Shown here piece after piece: positions 39,606 through 53,683 of a stretch of 64,000 bases of DNA; within the stretch, counting starts at the first letter, position 1, and the number at the start of each line of letters is the position of its first letter. The notes beneath the pieces were generated by a model. The model did not search any database and was not told the DNA's origin. It saw only the letters and a program-made list of their open reading frames with translations. Position numbers and translations under genes: made by a program. Source of the DNA: Octopus vulgaris (taxonomy: Eukaryota); NCBI GenBank assembly GCA_951406725.2, contig OX597817.1:126108001-126172000 (forward strand), given 5' to 3'.

Positions 39606-41852
39606 TTACTTTGCTAGATAGGAGAAAAATAACGGTAAAATATTCAGCTGTAAGGCTTTCACGAATTTAACATCAATATCATTAAGCAATCATTTCATAA
39701 AATTGAATGTTTTTCATATATTATGCATTAAACATAACACTACTGCAAATATGTTTAAAATAAAACCTGCATAACAATGTTATAACAAGTTAACCACTTA
39801 AAATATAAGTTAATATAATTTAATTCTATTTTATAATTAGCAATTAGAATACTACTACGTTGTGAAATTTAATCCTCATCGAAGTGTTAAAAGAGATATT
39901 ATTCATTTTTTGAATTTCAAAATCTACTTGATTTTGTATCATACATATTAAAATTGCATTATGTTAAGCCTAGTATCTAGAAGCATGTTGTGTTTATGAC
40001 AAATTCGTGACTTCTCTTTCTGGATCTATCGATGAGTGGTGTCGTTGATCTGGGCTCGTTATTCCGCCTTGCTCCAGCATGGTCAACAGCAAATTTATGC
40101 CAGGCTAAACCAGCTTTTGCTTTCTTATTCTATAGCTGCTATATTATTCATGCTGCAATGGATATTGGGTTAAAAAACTAAGTGTATGCCCATATTTGCG
40201 CACAATTATACAGGCAATTGAAGATCTATATAATGAATAGTATATACTCTGAAATGATGCTTAACTACATACGACAATTTTCGTAGTTGACCATGAAATA
40301 TAAACTGTTTGCTGTAAGCCGCTTCTTAGCGCTACCAGTCATTGTACAATGATGGGAATATCATGAGCGAGTGAATATATTTTATCATCACACTGTACAC
40401 CCTGTATGGGTTTTGTGGTCAAAGAGAAGGTAACCACTCTGAAATTCATTTCATCCGACAGTTCGGATAGATGGGGCTACGAAGTGATTTTAATGACATT
40501 ATACCATTTGCCTACAAAATCGCACTCAGAAATACTGTATCATACTGAGATTTCTCATACACTATTTAATGGATAGAAAACCACTATCAGCAAATGTGCA
40601 ATGTATCTTTCATGTAAACTGTGTGGTATATCTTATGACAGATCACTCGATTTTGTAACCTCCCTGTACAGAGCGATTTCAAATATAATCCTCAGGTGTG
40701 TCTCCTAAGTGAAAATTTCCTCTTAAATAAAAGGAACATTACAATCAATGCTGTCTCTATCATACAATTCTTTGAACTACTGTCAATGGATAAAGTTGAC
40801 GTTGCATTTCAAGTTTGGATGATGAAGACTTTAAAGTAGCTGAATCACGAGGCAATGAAATTCTTACACTGTTTGTGGATTTATATATATTACACTGTTT
40901 GTGGATTTATATTTTTGAGTTCAGTTTTATGTAAGGCTTTCTTTGTTGATCAATAGCAAATAGTTATTGCCAAGAAATGGGAGAACATTTAGTTAGATAA
41001 CCACTTCAATCCACAAGATTTTCCGTTTACGAAAGAAAACGAGAATATTATTCTCAGTTTAATTGTTTACACGAATATCAATTATTCTTGCCTAATACAG
41101 GTTTTATTCGCTGGTTAAAACGTTTAACATAAGGACCACAACAAAGATTTTTAGTTCTTAGTTTAAGATAAATGACCATAACTGTGGTTTTTGCATCACA
41201 ACCATTATCTATATTTCCAAAACGCGAAATGCCTCTCTCACGAAATAACCATAGAACAGAGTACCGAGGAAGTATTCGTCCTTCAAATTAGATTTGCAAA
41301 ATAGCTAAATAAACAATAATTTAAATAGCAAAATATAATTATCTTTATTAAGAGACAATTACTTGTGCTTGTGTATAATATGTCAGGGTGAAATGTCACT
41401 CATTATGGAACTCACACGGTCGAGAGTACGAGAAGTGACATTGGAATATTAGCTTATAATTTCTGTTTATGCTGTATAAATATTGCATTTACCTTCCTCT
41501 ATGTACTCTACTCAAACTTCTTCGTATGCCTCAGCTTTATTCTCAGCATTCTGTTTACTGAAATTGTGTTTATTAAATAACACGAGAGAAATAATTTCAT
41601 GAAATGTTTCTGCATTGATGGTGACTAATGAGTTTCATACACATCGACATTCTTTTTATCAAATTCAAAGGAAGCTTTTTCACACATATCTAGTACCTAT
41701 TCTTATTGCGGGGCTATGTAAACTCTCGTAATAATTGCTTCCAGAATTATATTTATAGCAATTTGTATACAAAAGACAAAATGTGTTCTAATAGATACAC
41801 ATGGAAGGCAATTCCACAGAACTAACGGAGGCCGTCTTCGCATGGTGTAAGG

Positions 41853-42954
41853 CAGCCATGTCTAATACGCGACATGCAGGGCACTTTCGGCTATTTTCAA
41901 ACACGTGTAGCCCTCGTATGACATTGCTAGAAGTTTAAAAAAATGGACAATCCAAAACTGTTTTTATCATAAAAACAATCAATAATAAGTTAATAAAGAA
42001 TAAGTACTCGGATTATAATGAATAAATCCTGGGGTCGATTTCTGCGACTAAAACCCTTTAAGGTGGTTCTCTAGCATAGCCGCAGTCAAATGACTGAAAC
42101 AGCTAAAAGTAAAAGTAATGGAACTTGGCGTGTGAGGACTGGATTTGAGTGTGTGTGTTGTGTCTTATCCGTAATTTGCGCTGAATAAAATTACGTGTGT
42201 CCGCTATGTTAGACCTAGACTGAAAGCTTAACCAAGTTAAAATTATATTCATGGACGACTTATTCCACATTCTGAAAAATAACAGAATTGTTTATAGTAT
42301 CATGCATTTCTACAATTTCAAGCAATTCTTCATATATATCAAATTCAGTATCGTAAGCCCTTTTAGAATTAGCAAGCGGCGCCAGGCTGCTAAAGTCGGC
42401 AGTCGCATAAAAAGCAACTAAAAATGTACAAAACTTGATGATACATCTTTCAGTCGTCCCACATTTTATTATCTTTCTATCACAGTATTTATTGTCAAAG
42501 AAATATGTTTGAATGTCTTTGCTTTCTCAAGGCAAATATCTTCGACCGTTCTCACCAGATAGTTTTTATGATTTTCCAAAGCTAGCAATCATTCTACCCA
42601 CTTCATGACTTGCAGTCACAAGGGCAACGTTTCCTCCTAGAATTTTTTTACAAAGCACGCTTGTTCAATTCTTTCAGTTTGATACACGCATGGGACCTTG
42701 TTATTTAGCCGTGAATTTTCGTAGTGTATTTTCAAGTTGTATTCATTTGGCGTGTTGATGCAGGTATTACAAATTAAGCAGAGTATCTTTGAGTTAAGGG
42801 CTGTGAAGAAATATTGTGGCTCCCACTTTTTCTCGATCCCATTTTGCAAAGGTGTACTACAAATGCGTACGAACTGCCTGGAATATTTAAAAGCAACAAA
42901 AGGTAGGACATTTCCGTTCCTTCTTAAACACCAGTGAGGACTAAACAAATACAA
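41853..42954 (-). mobile_element. hAT (Charlie/SPIN/GTF2IRD2-like) transposon relic
   Basis: KKWEPQYFFTALNSKILCLICNTCINTPNEYNLKIHYEN matches the BED-like W...YFF......CLIC.......KEYNL.RHYET pattern. A degenerate hAT-type terminus CAGCCATGTCTAATACGCGACATGCAGGGC lies at 41853. Confidence 0.75.
41996..42115 (+). mobile_element. SINE family B 3' tail
   Basis: AGAATAAGTACT...CCTGGGGTCGATTT...CTAGCATAGCCGCAGTCAAATGACTGAAACAG. Confidence 0.8.
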
Positions 42955-45900
42955 TACTAGTTACATCTCTATCATATCTCTATCTTCAGATATGGGTAGT
43001 AGAAAAAAGCATGAGTAATGAATTTATTTAATTCTTTAGTTTTTTTTGTGATAGTTATAATTTCTTGCGTTATATAAATGTTCTTATGCTTATTTAAGTG
43101 TAGAAATTCATATATCGTTATTATATTAATTCAATATAGTAAATATGTTTTATGACAAAGCGATCGAAAGCAGAAATTGTTTTTGAGAGAACTAGGATAT
43201 TGTTCAAGGGATACAAATAGTAACAACACGCATTCAAATAATTCCTCGATAGCTTTTTCTTTCTCCTTTCTCTGCCCAATTCATTCTACACACTAATTCA
43301 TTGTACCTCTTCCTTTTCTTGCTGTTTACTGCTTCCCTACAACATATTAATAAAAGGTGGCTAACAAATTTGAAGTTATTTCCGTTGGAAAGTGTAACAA
43401 TTGAAGACATGATGTGACATGAAGTTTATTGTTATAAGATAACGAATGTGAATGACAAAAATGCACAATCTTACAATCATAAGTCCACTACACTAAACAC
43501 TAAACAACGTGCCTCCACTAATATTAAATAGTATCATTTTATCAAGTTTCACAGCATAGATGATATATTTCCCACGAAACATATGTTCATAACTGTTAGT
43601 ATATTGCAGTAGATTTAACATGAGTTTTGTGCATCCGTCTGTAGGAAAATATGGTGAAAGAAATGTTAACAAGTAATTTAAATTAATTAAAAACATTTAG
43701 ATTTGCTCTGCAATGGAAAGTATTTTGCTTTTTCATGCTTAATGTTTTTTGTTGCAAATTTCAATGAACTCTTTGAAAAATATTTTGCGGAAACCAGGTT
43801 TAGTTGAATAATTTCGTACGTTATTTATAATATGACTGTATTGTCAGACCCAATTCAATCTCAACTATTGGGACCTATGTGCAAAGGCGTTGCAAATAGC
43901 AATTGAATCCTAATTTTCAGCGGCACTACGTATACCACACTACATAAAACAATGTGTCCAATTAGAAACTTCGAGGGTGGTCTTAGTTGGTATCTATTTA
44001 GTAAACTATGCCTAAACTAATTAAGGGCAATTCTACTAAACCATTGTTTTAGAAATGGAATTTGAAATAACTTGCTGTGACGTTTGTAAGAGACTGTACA
44101 AAATTCCACAGACAATTTAATGAGCCTACTAATTAGATATTTTATTGACCTCCAAATAATCAATCTGTGAGATATTTTGAGATTTACTCCAAAATATTCA
44201 AGATAATTTTATGCAAAAGAAAGAATTGTTTATTTAATTGTACTTTCCTTCATAATTGTAATATTGCAAAATTGATACTTACCTATTTATAACCAGGAGG
44301 AATATGTTGCTTATTATAAGTTTGACAGACCTATTAGTAAGAAGACTTAATGTTTTAAACAAAGCAGCTGTTATATTATTACTTTCACTGTTGGAACCAA
44401 GATCATAAGATTCACACGTCTTTCATATCACACTTAAACACATTAGATACTTTCATAAGAGATACAATGTAAGTGCAAATGCATAAGAAATATGAAATAA
44501 GAAAAAAACCCTCAAGGCCAAGATACTTTTGAACATACATTTTAAAATTTATTTCCGGGCACTACTATATTCATCATAAATTAGTAGTTATTTTATAGTC
44601 GAAACGAATTGAATGAACATTATCCTTAATATATTGCAGCGATTTTGACTTCATTCCCATTAGTCTCATATCTGATATAATAACTGTTTAGTTGCTCCTA
44701 AGCAAGACGTTAACTATTGTTCCTGCTCACATTTCGCAAGCATAACTCAATTTTCGCATTTAAACAGTTTGACATTTACTGACATAGGCCGTGACAACTC
44801 ACTTAGCAATATATCGAATACATATGGTTATTACTGATTATCTCTATCTCCTTAATATTATCATAGTTTTATTAAGCTTAACACCTGATTAAATTGTATA
44901 AGATTTTGCTTGTCCTGACCACATTTAATTAGACTTCCTTCCAAGATTATAGCTCAATATATGTCAGTTTATTTTAAAGTTGGTAAGTAATTTCCCTATA
45001 AGAAGATTAGAGAAACTAAAGCTCTAATCTCTGCAAAGAAAATAAAGGAACAAAATGTGGTCAGGACTAGCATAATGTGGTTAAGAATTTTCATCGTAAT
45101 CATTCAATGCACTACTTCGGAAAATTGCCGAATACCTTTTATGTGAGTTCCCGAGTGCGTGTACACTAGAAATTCTGTAATGCCGGCGTATTTTAGTAAA
45201 ACTAGAAACCCTTTGCAAAAATATAGATATTTCGGCATACACCGCAAATTATAGGCGTAAAGAATTAGGACTTTTCTATATGTTCATTAAAAATATGATT
45301 TCACGGAATTCGATTTGCCCTCTTTTTCATTTGAAGTCAAGGCGTAAGAAATATTCTTAGTTTGTGGTTCAGTTTTAGCTGAAAATGCTGGATATAATAG
45401 TTCCAGTCCAACAACGTTCGTCATTAATTAACAGTCATGGGAAAACTGAGTCTATTAAAAAATTGAAAGATCTCAAAAACAAATATTGAGATAATCGGGT
45501 CTAATACATTTCATAGAAGAAAACGGCAACTGGCACCATCAAAGTTTCCTGACATGATTGTGATATTATGCAGGAGAGATGACGAAATCCCCAATAAATG
45601 ACTTTGTACCTGAGCAAATGTTTGAAGATTAAGTTTACGAATTAGAATTTTCGATGCGTTAAGTTTAAGCATGAGAATGTATGGAGTGGCTCCTTATAGT
45701 TAGAAGATTTTAGCAAAATATAGCCGACTTTATTCTGTTATATTGCTGTCTGTAGAATTGTCGCATTATTCTCACTCTCATTATGATGACCAACACCTTT
45801 CTGAAAGCAAGATTTCGATACTATTGAAACTCTTTGCAGAGCCACTATAGTTACAATTATAGATGGGATTATTACGAAACGCTCTGGCAACCATCACGAC

Positions 45901-46529
45901 AATGCAGTTCGTTTGTCATTACAATAGCAATTTCTGATTCACTAGTGGATGATAGCTGCATTCAGGCTTTGCAGCTGGCCGATGAACATTTTCAAATTTC
46001 TATCAGTTATGATCTCAACTGCATATCTAAAGATGGAAGAACATGGTTGTTTTTGAAGTATTTCTTTATATTGTATAGATATGTACTACTTTAATCCACT
46101 GATGACATCGGTACACCCTTGCTGAGATTTACTTCATTGCCACCAATGAAATTAATTAATCTGCACGTATTCGTAACGTGTTTATTGTATTAGCAACAGG
46201 TCGTCCATAAAATGGCATTACGGTCCCTGAATATTATACCGTTTATAGAATCAAAAGTTTGATATGTGTTTATTAGCTCCAAAATATGCCATTCGAAATA
46301 CTGAATTATATTTTAGAATATAATTCTGAAAGTTCAAGGGAAATTGTGTATCCTGCAATGACATATTATAGTAGCAAGAGAAGGGGAAGACACCACAAAC
46401 TAGAAATTTGGCCCCAAAACTTGCAACACAGTGCACGGCATCAAATACTAAAGTGCCAGTTGATGTGCGTGTAGGCTATACAAGCATATGAAGTTTAAAC
46501 TCAGCTCTACGCATTTTACTGCCATTTTT

Positions 46530-46655
46530 CCTTGGTGCCAAAAAGATGAAAGGCAACGTTAAACTTAGTGGAACTTGAACTCAGATTTCAGTGTCAGAAC
46601 AAAAATACCAAAGCAATATGTCTGACATTTCAATGGCTCTACTAAGCCACTGCAT
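46530..46655 (-). mobile_element. SINE family A relic
   Basis: AAAAGATGAAAGGCAA...GGAACTTGAACTCAGA matches other minus-strand copies. Confidence 0.55.
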
Positions 46656-47974
46656 GTAGATGATTTTTCATCTTTCCAGTGAACACGTTTGGGTTATTAC
46701 AGCTGTTTGTCGAGGACCAATGGAAAAATCACGAACCATCGAATCGACTTTCTTATGTGACATTACTCTTTTCACTTCAGTTGTACATCATGATTCATCA
46801 GTATTTCAGTGATTAGCTACTGTTACGCATTTTCAGGAAGTTTTGCAACAGCAGAACTTTCAGATATTTCATTGTGGCCTGATTGCTGTGCTATCTTTCT
46901 GAACATGATATTACATATGATGTTGTCCTTGAACACTCAATAGCTCAAAACTGAAATTCAATCCATTATAAAATACCAGTGGAATCCTTTCAACAAGGTT
47001 GTCGCACTAAAGATTTTCTTTGAATATATATGTTCCGTTTTGTGTTTCCTGATATGCATTCCCAGGAACATACTCACATACACATAGATTGATGGACATG
47101 TGGTTTGTACAATATTTTTTACTAAACAGTATCGGTAAAGAGAATCTAATATTATAGTCAGCCACGTTAAAGCAATACGGTCAATACTTCTAAACATACA
47201 ACAACAGGGGAGACAATATTCACAGATCAACAACTAACACTTTCAAATGATACACGTAATGATTCTGAATAATTTTCCTAATATTAGCAAGAAATCAAGT
47301 ATCGAATGAAGACAGAAAAGCAGCGACTTTCACGAAAGATACGACATTGCAGCAGAAATAGAATGCACAGAGATGTTACTCAAGAAGTTAGTTTCAACAA
47401 AGTGTTTTTTTCATAAGAGTTACTGAGTTTTTCTTCGCCATTGTTATAAAAGCACACAATATTTTGACCACTACTAAAGGCTCCTGTACTCAGTGATATC
47501 TTATATAACACATTTAACGGATTTTTTTTTTCGTTATTGCAGTAACAAATCTTAGATAAGGCGCAATGATAAAATAGTAAACTATGGCTATCGCCAAACC
47601 TTTCCTTCGCTCTAATCTGCTTGCTTTCTATGTTACATTTCACATTCCTTTTATCCGTGACCGCTTCCGCTTCCTAATTTCTATTCATGCGGCCGTCTAG
47701 TTCTTGTGTGCTCCCCATTATCTGCCGCTCTCTATCTCCCTACATTCAAATTTTCATTTTTGCAAGTCGCGGGTTTTAATAATCAACATTATGCTAAAAT
47801 ATTTAAATACATCCAACATGCAGAATACTAAACGCTATTAAAGCTGAAATATGCATTACGTCAGACAGAGGTATAACTAATATTTATGTACCACAATATT
47901 TCAATTGACAGTAATGTCTACACTAATATTGATATTACTATTAATAACAACGCTATTACGCCGATTGCTTCTGC

Positions 47975-48056
47975 GTTGTTGTTGTTGTTGTTGTTGTTGT
48001 TCTTCTTCTTCTTCTTCTTCTTCTTCTTCTTCTTCTTCTGCTTCTTCTTCTTCTCC
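47975..48056. repeat. (TTG)n-(TTC)n microsatellite
   Basis: Direct reading. Confidence 0.95.
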
Positions 48057-48089
48057 TAATCCGGACTCACGCTTTTAGCCACAAATAAT

Positions 48090-48313
48090 AATATCTTATT
48101 CGAGCCTACTCTAAGCTACTAAGGATGCGTGTGGGGATGGGATTAATCGATTACGTCGACACCAGTGTTTCGCTGGTCCTTAATTTATCGACCCCGAAAA
48201 GATAAAAAGCAAAGTCGACCACAGCGGAATTTAAACTCAGAACGTAGCGACGATAGAAATACCGCGAAGCATTTTGACCATCGTGCTAACGATTCTGGCA
48301 GCTCGCCGCCTTA
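48090..48313 (-). mobile_element. SINE family A
   Basis: TAATTTATCGACCCCGAAA...AAAGTCGACC...AACTCAGAACGTA...GCTAACGATTCTGGCAGCTCGCCGCCTT. Confidence 0.85.
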
Positions 48314-48340
48314 ACGAACGAAATAATAATAATAATAATC

Positions 48341-48880
48341 TAATACCAGACACTGACCCTCATGAATTCTGGTCTTAAGTGATTGGAGGTGTTATCATGT
48401 ACATCTTTTGTCTTGGTATAAAAAAAGATGGGCTACAACAAATATTCTGTTCAATACAACAGACTTGCTTGTCATTTGTTTGACTTTAACCAGCTGAACA
48501 TGTGGCTGACGATGCGTGTATCTTTGATCATAAGCAAAAGGATTTGGGGAGCTTCATATCCATGTGCTGAGAGGAATTCTTCGGGGTTTGAATAATTCAC
48601 CTCTGGAAACATGGGTGCTTTGTTTATCATCCTTAAAACAAACCTTATTCGGGGACACTTTGAGAGGGATTGGCTGCTCGACCAAAATAAAATTCTAACG
48701 GGGCCCCACCTGCAAGGTAATGCATTGTTTATTTTGATATAGGATCACCATGTCACGCACATATGGTGGTGATGCATGTGCCTTCTGTACTCTTATCAGA
48801 CGAGTAGTCGTAATGAGTATACTGGGCTTCGTATATTTTACTCCAATGTCAGTTTGATAGCATACACTGCTCACTCACTC
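48341..48880 (+). mobile_element. Interspersed repeat family E, copy 2, flanked on both sides by (AAT)n
   Basis: Homologous to 39084-39506; preceded by (AAT)6 and followed by (AAT)10. Confidence 0.8.
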
Positions 48881-48911
<31 letters not shown>

Positions 48912-48926
48912 GTAGTAGTAGTAGTT

Positions 48927-49008
<82 letters not shown>
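48881..49008. repeat. (AAT)n-(AGT)n microsatellite
   Basis: Direct reading; source of the poly-N/poly-S ORF 48776..49063. Confidence 0.97.
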
Positions 49009-49009
<1 letters not shown>

Positions 49010-49287
49010 CGTGTTGTTATATCTTATGTATCTGGTGTATGCGAATTTCTTCTGGACCAGTAATTCCTTGCAATTCCTGTCTCACTTCCGTTAATATCTC
49101 TTCTTCCATCTTCACTCATCACATTTTGGTCTTCCTTTGTCAAATTTGATCAGCCAGCAGCATATTGATTACGACCGGATTTGTGTTGCTCTTCCACAGG
49201 ACACCTACTGGATGTGACACATTTTTCAAAGAATATTCAGCCTTGTTGAAGCCATTATTATTACTTCTCAATATTAACGTTTCTCTG

Positions 49288-49505
49288 AAGCAGTGAACTG
49301 GCAGAATCGTTTGCGCGCCAGTCAAAACTTTTTAGACGCCCTTCGCCTGTCTTAACGTTCAGAGTTCAAATTCCACTGTGGTCGACTTTGCTTTTCATCC
49401 ATTTCGTGGTTGATAATAGGAGTACCAGTTGAGCACTGAGGTCGTTGTAGTCGATCTATTCCCTTTCCCGATATTACTGGCCTTGTCCCAAAATTTGAAA
49501 CCAAT
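49288..49505 (+). mobile_element. SINE family A
   Basis: GAACTGGCAGAATCGTT...GAGTTCAAATTCC...GGTCGACTTTGC...GTACCAGTTGAGCACTG...GGCCTTGTCCCAAAATTTGAAACCAATA. Confidence 0.85.
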
Positions 49506-52500
49506 ATTAATATTTTTCTCATATGTGAAGAATGTGCTTAAAGGATACCACCAACCAGTAATTATACCGGGAAACCGTCACTAAATAGGTTGGCACTCAA
49601 GACCTATGTGAGACCTGTCTACCCTCATTTAAGCTGATAATCATGCGCGTGCAGTATTTACCCCCACGCACATTTTCAAAGATTCATACAGCTAGATAAC
49701 AGTTGTCTCTTTGGATGTCATCCGCCTTTTATGAGGATGTCTCTTGTCATGTAGAGTGTCCAATGGAATCCACCTGCCATGCCAGGCCAGCACTTGGAAA
49801 GGTTGCTGCTTTGGTCGCCGACAGCCTGACCATGAATCTGATTTTCCTGGATTATATGTTACCAATAACACCAAAAGTGACCTGGCAAATTTTTACAATT
49901 ATTAAAATCCGTCTGTACCTCAAACATTGTTACTACGAGTAAAACCAACACTACTCGTATCATCATTTCAATTACTAATCTTATTACTATAGTGTTCTTA
50001 TGATCTTCCACATTACAATTATTATTAACAGAGAGATTGGTGGGATGAACCTGGGCTTTCAGGATTTCATGACTTCCGGTACAACCACCCTTGCTATAGG
50101 CGGAGGAGATATGATTGGGTAGGTGTGCATTCAGCAAACAGGTCTCTAATATTGAATAGCAAGATAGCAGAAACACAAGTCAATCTAAAAATAAGCAAAA
50201 TAAAGCAACAATTTTAAGCTCAATTATGATAGTATTACCAAGAATAAGAAAAAAGGAAAAAAAATTGCATCTACTTATTTACTGATATTAACCCTATAAA
50301 GGGGAATTGTAATGGGATGAATTCAGTTTACACGTGCAATCCAATCTCATAGAAGAATATTAAACTTCATATTTGTTCATCAGATGATTTAGGTAAAAAT
50401 ATTATGGTCGCATAAAATTTCTTTTTTGAGACAGACACTCTCGTGCAATATCCCTTTGCGGAGAAATTGCATGTTTCGAACGCTAAAAGATGCATGCTAT
50501 ATGAAATGTTTGTTTATGAAAGGAAACCCATTTTCAACCGACTCCCCCCAAACCAAAAAAACCCACTTACAATGCATTTTGCTATATTTCTCTCACATGT
50601 CATATTACATTCGTTTTCCCACCGCTAACTTACGCTGTTATTTACGGGTGCTTCGAGCTTGTTCTACATTTGCAATACTGTTTTGTTCTTTAGCTGTATG
50701 CATTTACATTAAATATTCATTTATTTGATAACATTTTTATTAGCTCAATAACATATTGAACATTTTCGAGTCAAATAGATACATATATACAAACATATAC
50801 ATATTTCTATTTACACACACACACACACACATACACGTATATGTATGCACACAAAAACTGGATTATGTGTAATGTAGATGTCAAATAAGATATTGCAGCT
50901 ATATTAGATTTCTTAATTACTATTTGACTTGAATAATAAAATATATTATTCGGTATTGCTTTTCGGGAGATAAAGTATTCACAATATGTCACAGAAGTTA
51001 ATTAGATATTCTTATCTCAAATTGTCATCATTTAATTCTCAGTTCTTAGAGTAATATTCTGCATCATACAGATATCAGAGAATATATTATAATTCAAATT
51101 ATGTCTCCGAAAAACTTATGTATTTTAAAATTTCTCTTTGTACCTCGGTAGAGTTTAGACTTAACTTTGTTTTATAGTACTACATTACTGATAAGCTTCA
51201 AGAAAAGGAAATTTTGTCACGAAGTAATGAATTATGCGCAACTTAAGAATTAATTGTGGTAAGAAATAAAATGACAGTTGCTACCTCAAGGAATCATTAT
51301 AATCTATCAATAACGTTACAGATTTAAGTGATATCCGGAAAACAGGTATTCGGAAATGAAATAATTTAATAGTTGTATTATAATTACCCAATTGGTTTTT
51401 TTAAAGATTGAAGCCATAAGTGAAATTTTCTTTCTTATTATCTTCGTATCACATAGTAATCACAATTTAAAGGAATGAAGTTATGTAATATGTTAACTGC
51501 AATTTAATCTCTATTAATACCTCTCTATTAATATCACATACAGAGTATTTGCTCACATAATTCGATAAAAAACAAATAAGCCTGTCCTAAAGTATTCCCC
51601 TACGGGTAGAAATTGATTGTCAGAAGCATGCAAACATTCCGTACTATAAACCTCTGTTTCAGGAATTGTTATAATATTTTATCTGCACTCAACCAAGTTC
51701 GGTTCGTCCAAGGGATTTTGTTTCATAGTTCCATCTTCCTCACTGTATATCATGTAGACGGTTAATTAGCTTCGAATATGTATGTGCCTAGTACAGGTGA
51801 CAAAAGGTGGACAATACACGATAAAACCAGTTTACAATATCGTAAGTTACACATTTTGTCCAATATTGAAATTAAAAGTAATTTCAATATGCTGACAGTC
51901 AGCTTATCAGTAACGGCTTAGCAACTAAAGTTGTTAAATATACGGATAAATGTGGTAAGGAAAAGAAAGAAGAAAACACGGACGACAGCTATTTCAAAGT
52001 GAAGTGTTGTTTGCTACATAGGTTGTGAAACGCACAAAACCAACTGAGCTAATCTTCAGGTCCCGTTACCTCTAATTTGTTTACATTTTCGCGTGAAAAT
52101 GAGCAAATGAATAATTAAACTATCAACAACACAAATGGCGACAGAAAGTCATTTACAAAATCAAAATGACCAATGACATCATTGGTTAAAATGGCAGGTT
52201 GACAAAAACAAAATAGAAAGAAACAAAATTAGAATCACATGAACATGAAAGTATTATTCATACGAGAAGTTGCCCAAAGCGAAATAAGGTATGTTTACAG
52301 AAGACATGAAGTGAAAGGAAAATGAATGCTAATTAGAGGGCATAGGGAGGTAAGCAGGACTAGAGATAACATAGATTCCTTTAATACAGGACACCAAAAG
52401 GACATTGAGAGACAATGAGCTGAGAGCGTTAAAGTTCAAGACATCTAATTTAGATAAATCATTATAAAAAACTGATAGTGGGGTCAATGTTTACTAAGCT

Positions 52501-52556
52501 GATAAGATCCACAAAATATCATTTACACTTCGAGCCCAAAGTACTGCTTGTTTATC

Positions 52557-52608
<52 letters not shown>

Positions 52609-52628
52609 TTGTATATGTATACATACAT
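52557..52628. repeat. (TA)n-(TG)n microsatellite
   Basis: Direct reading. Confidence 0.95.
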
Positions 52629-52728
52629 ATTAGTCCACATATGAGATCCACAGATTCTCAATATAGAACAGATTTTGTAGTGCTCCAAGGATCCAAGCTT
52701 AGACATCAGAATTTATACTGGGGATCGA

Positions 52729-52778
52729 TCTTACATCCATTCTTTACCATGTAGACATGGTAAAGAATGGATATAAGA
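52729..52778. repeat. Near-perfect 24-bp inverted repeat with a 2-nt spacer
   Basis: TCTTACATCCATTCTTTACCATGT-AG-ACATGGTAAAGAATGGATATAAGA, one mismatch. Confidence 0.92.
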
Positions 52779-52835
52779 GGGATCAACTTGAACGGATACA
52801 GAAGCAATTATGCGACTAAACAAATTAGATATATT

Positions 52836-53039
52836 CTTTTCTACTCTAGGCCCGAAATTTTGAAGGAGAGGGACAGTTGATTAGATCGACCCCAGTACGA
52901 AACTGATACTTAATTTATCGACTCTGAAAGGCAAAGTCGACCTCAGCGGAATTTGAACATAGAACGTACAGACAGGCGAAATAAGGCTAAGCATTTCGCC
53001 CGGTGTGCTAACGTTTCTGCCAGCTCACCGCATTGATAC
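52836..53039 (-). mobile_element. SINE family A with perfect 12-bp TSD
   Basis: Family A core; TSD ATTAGATATATT at 52824-52835 and 53040-53051. Confidence 0.9.
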
Positions 53040-53603
53040 ATTAGATATATTAAGTACGATATAATATTTGGGTATGAAGCAGAACATGTGTATATACGCA
53101 TACATGGAAAGCGAGAAAACGCAAAAAATAGAGTCTTTCAGACGATGAACTTTTAAGTATTAATATGAATATTTATATTAGTAGAACCAACTTAGAGAGA
53201 GAGAGTACAAACAACATCTGTTTCTGAGGGCTCAGAGATACATAATAATCTTGGTAGAAGTCGTTCATCACAATATGCGAACGTAAACAGCATACGATAA
53301 GACGAACCAAGTATTTACTCTGTGTAAAGTGGAATTGTTGCTTGACTCAAACCGGGAATGAACTGAATCGCCATGCTATAACTATATAGAAATAGTGTAA
53401 GAACAATTTACTGGTATACAACCACGATGCATACGTAGGATTAAGTTTAATTACCAAATAGCAGCAGCGTTAGTTTTCATAAAGAATATCGACCGCACAT
53501 AAGCAATGTATGTTTTGTTTGTTCACCGTCTTGTAAATTGGGGATAAATGCCCTAATATGTCCTTGGACTGTGGACTTCTAACTGGACACTTATATATTT
53601 AAA

Positions 53604-53683
53604 TACTCATATTTATTCTATCGGTTTCTTTTGCCGGATCGCTAAGATACTGGGACATGAACAAACCAATGCCAGTCGTCACG
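53604..53683 (-). mobile_element. SINE family B fragment
   Basis: TTATTCTATCGGTTTCTTTTGCCGGATCGCTAAG...AAACCAATGCCAGTCGTC, similar to 56748-56815. Confidence 0.6.

Noticed and set aside
40140-40350. Possible LINE RT relic (IIQAIEDLYNE)
   Set aside because: Single weak motif; the downstream QGC.LSP motif is not recognisable.
50288-50305. TTAACCCT piggyBac-like terminus
   Set aside because: No matching AGGGTTAA partner end found nearby.
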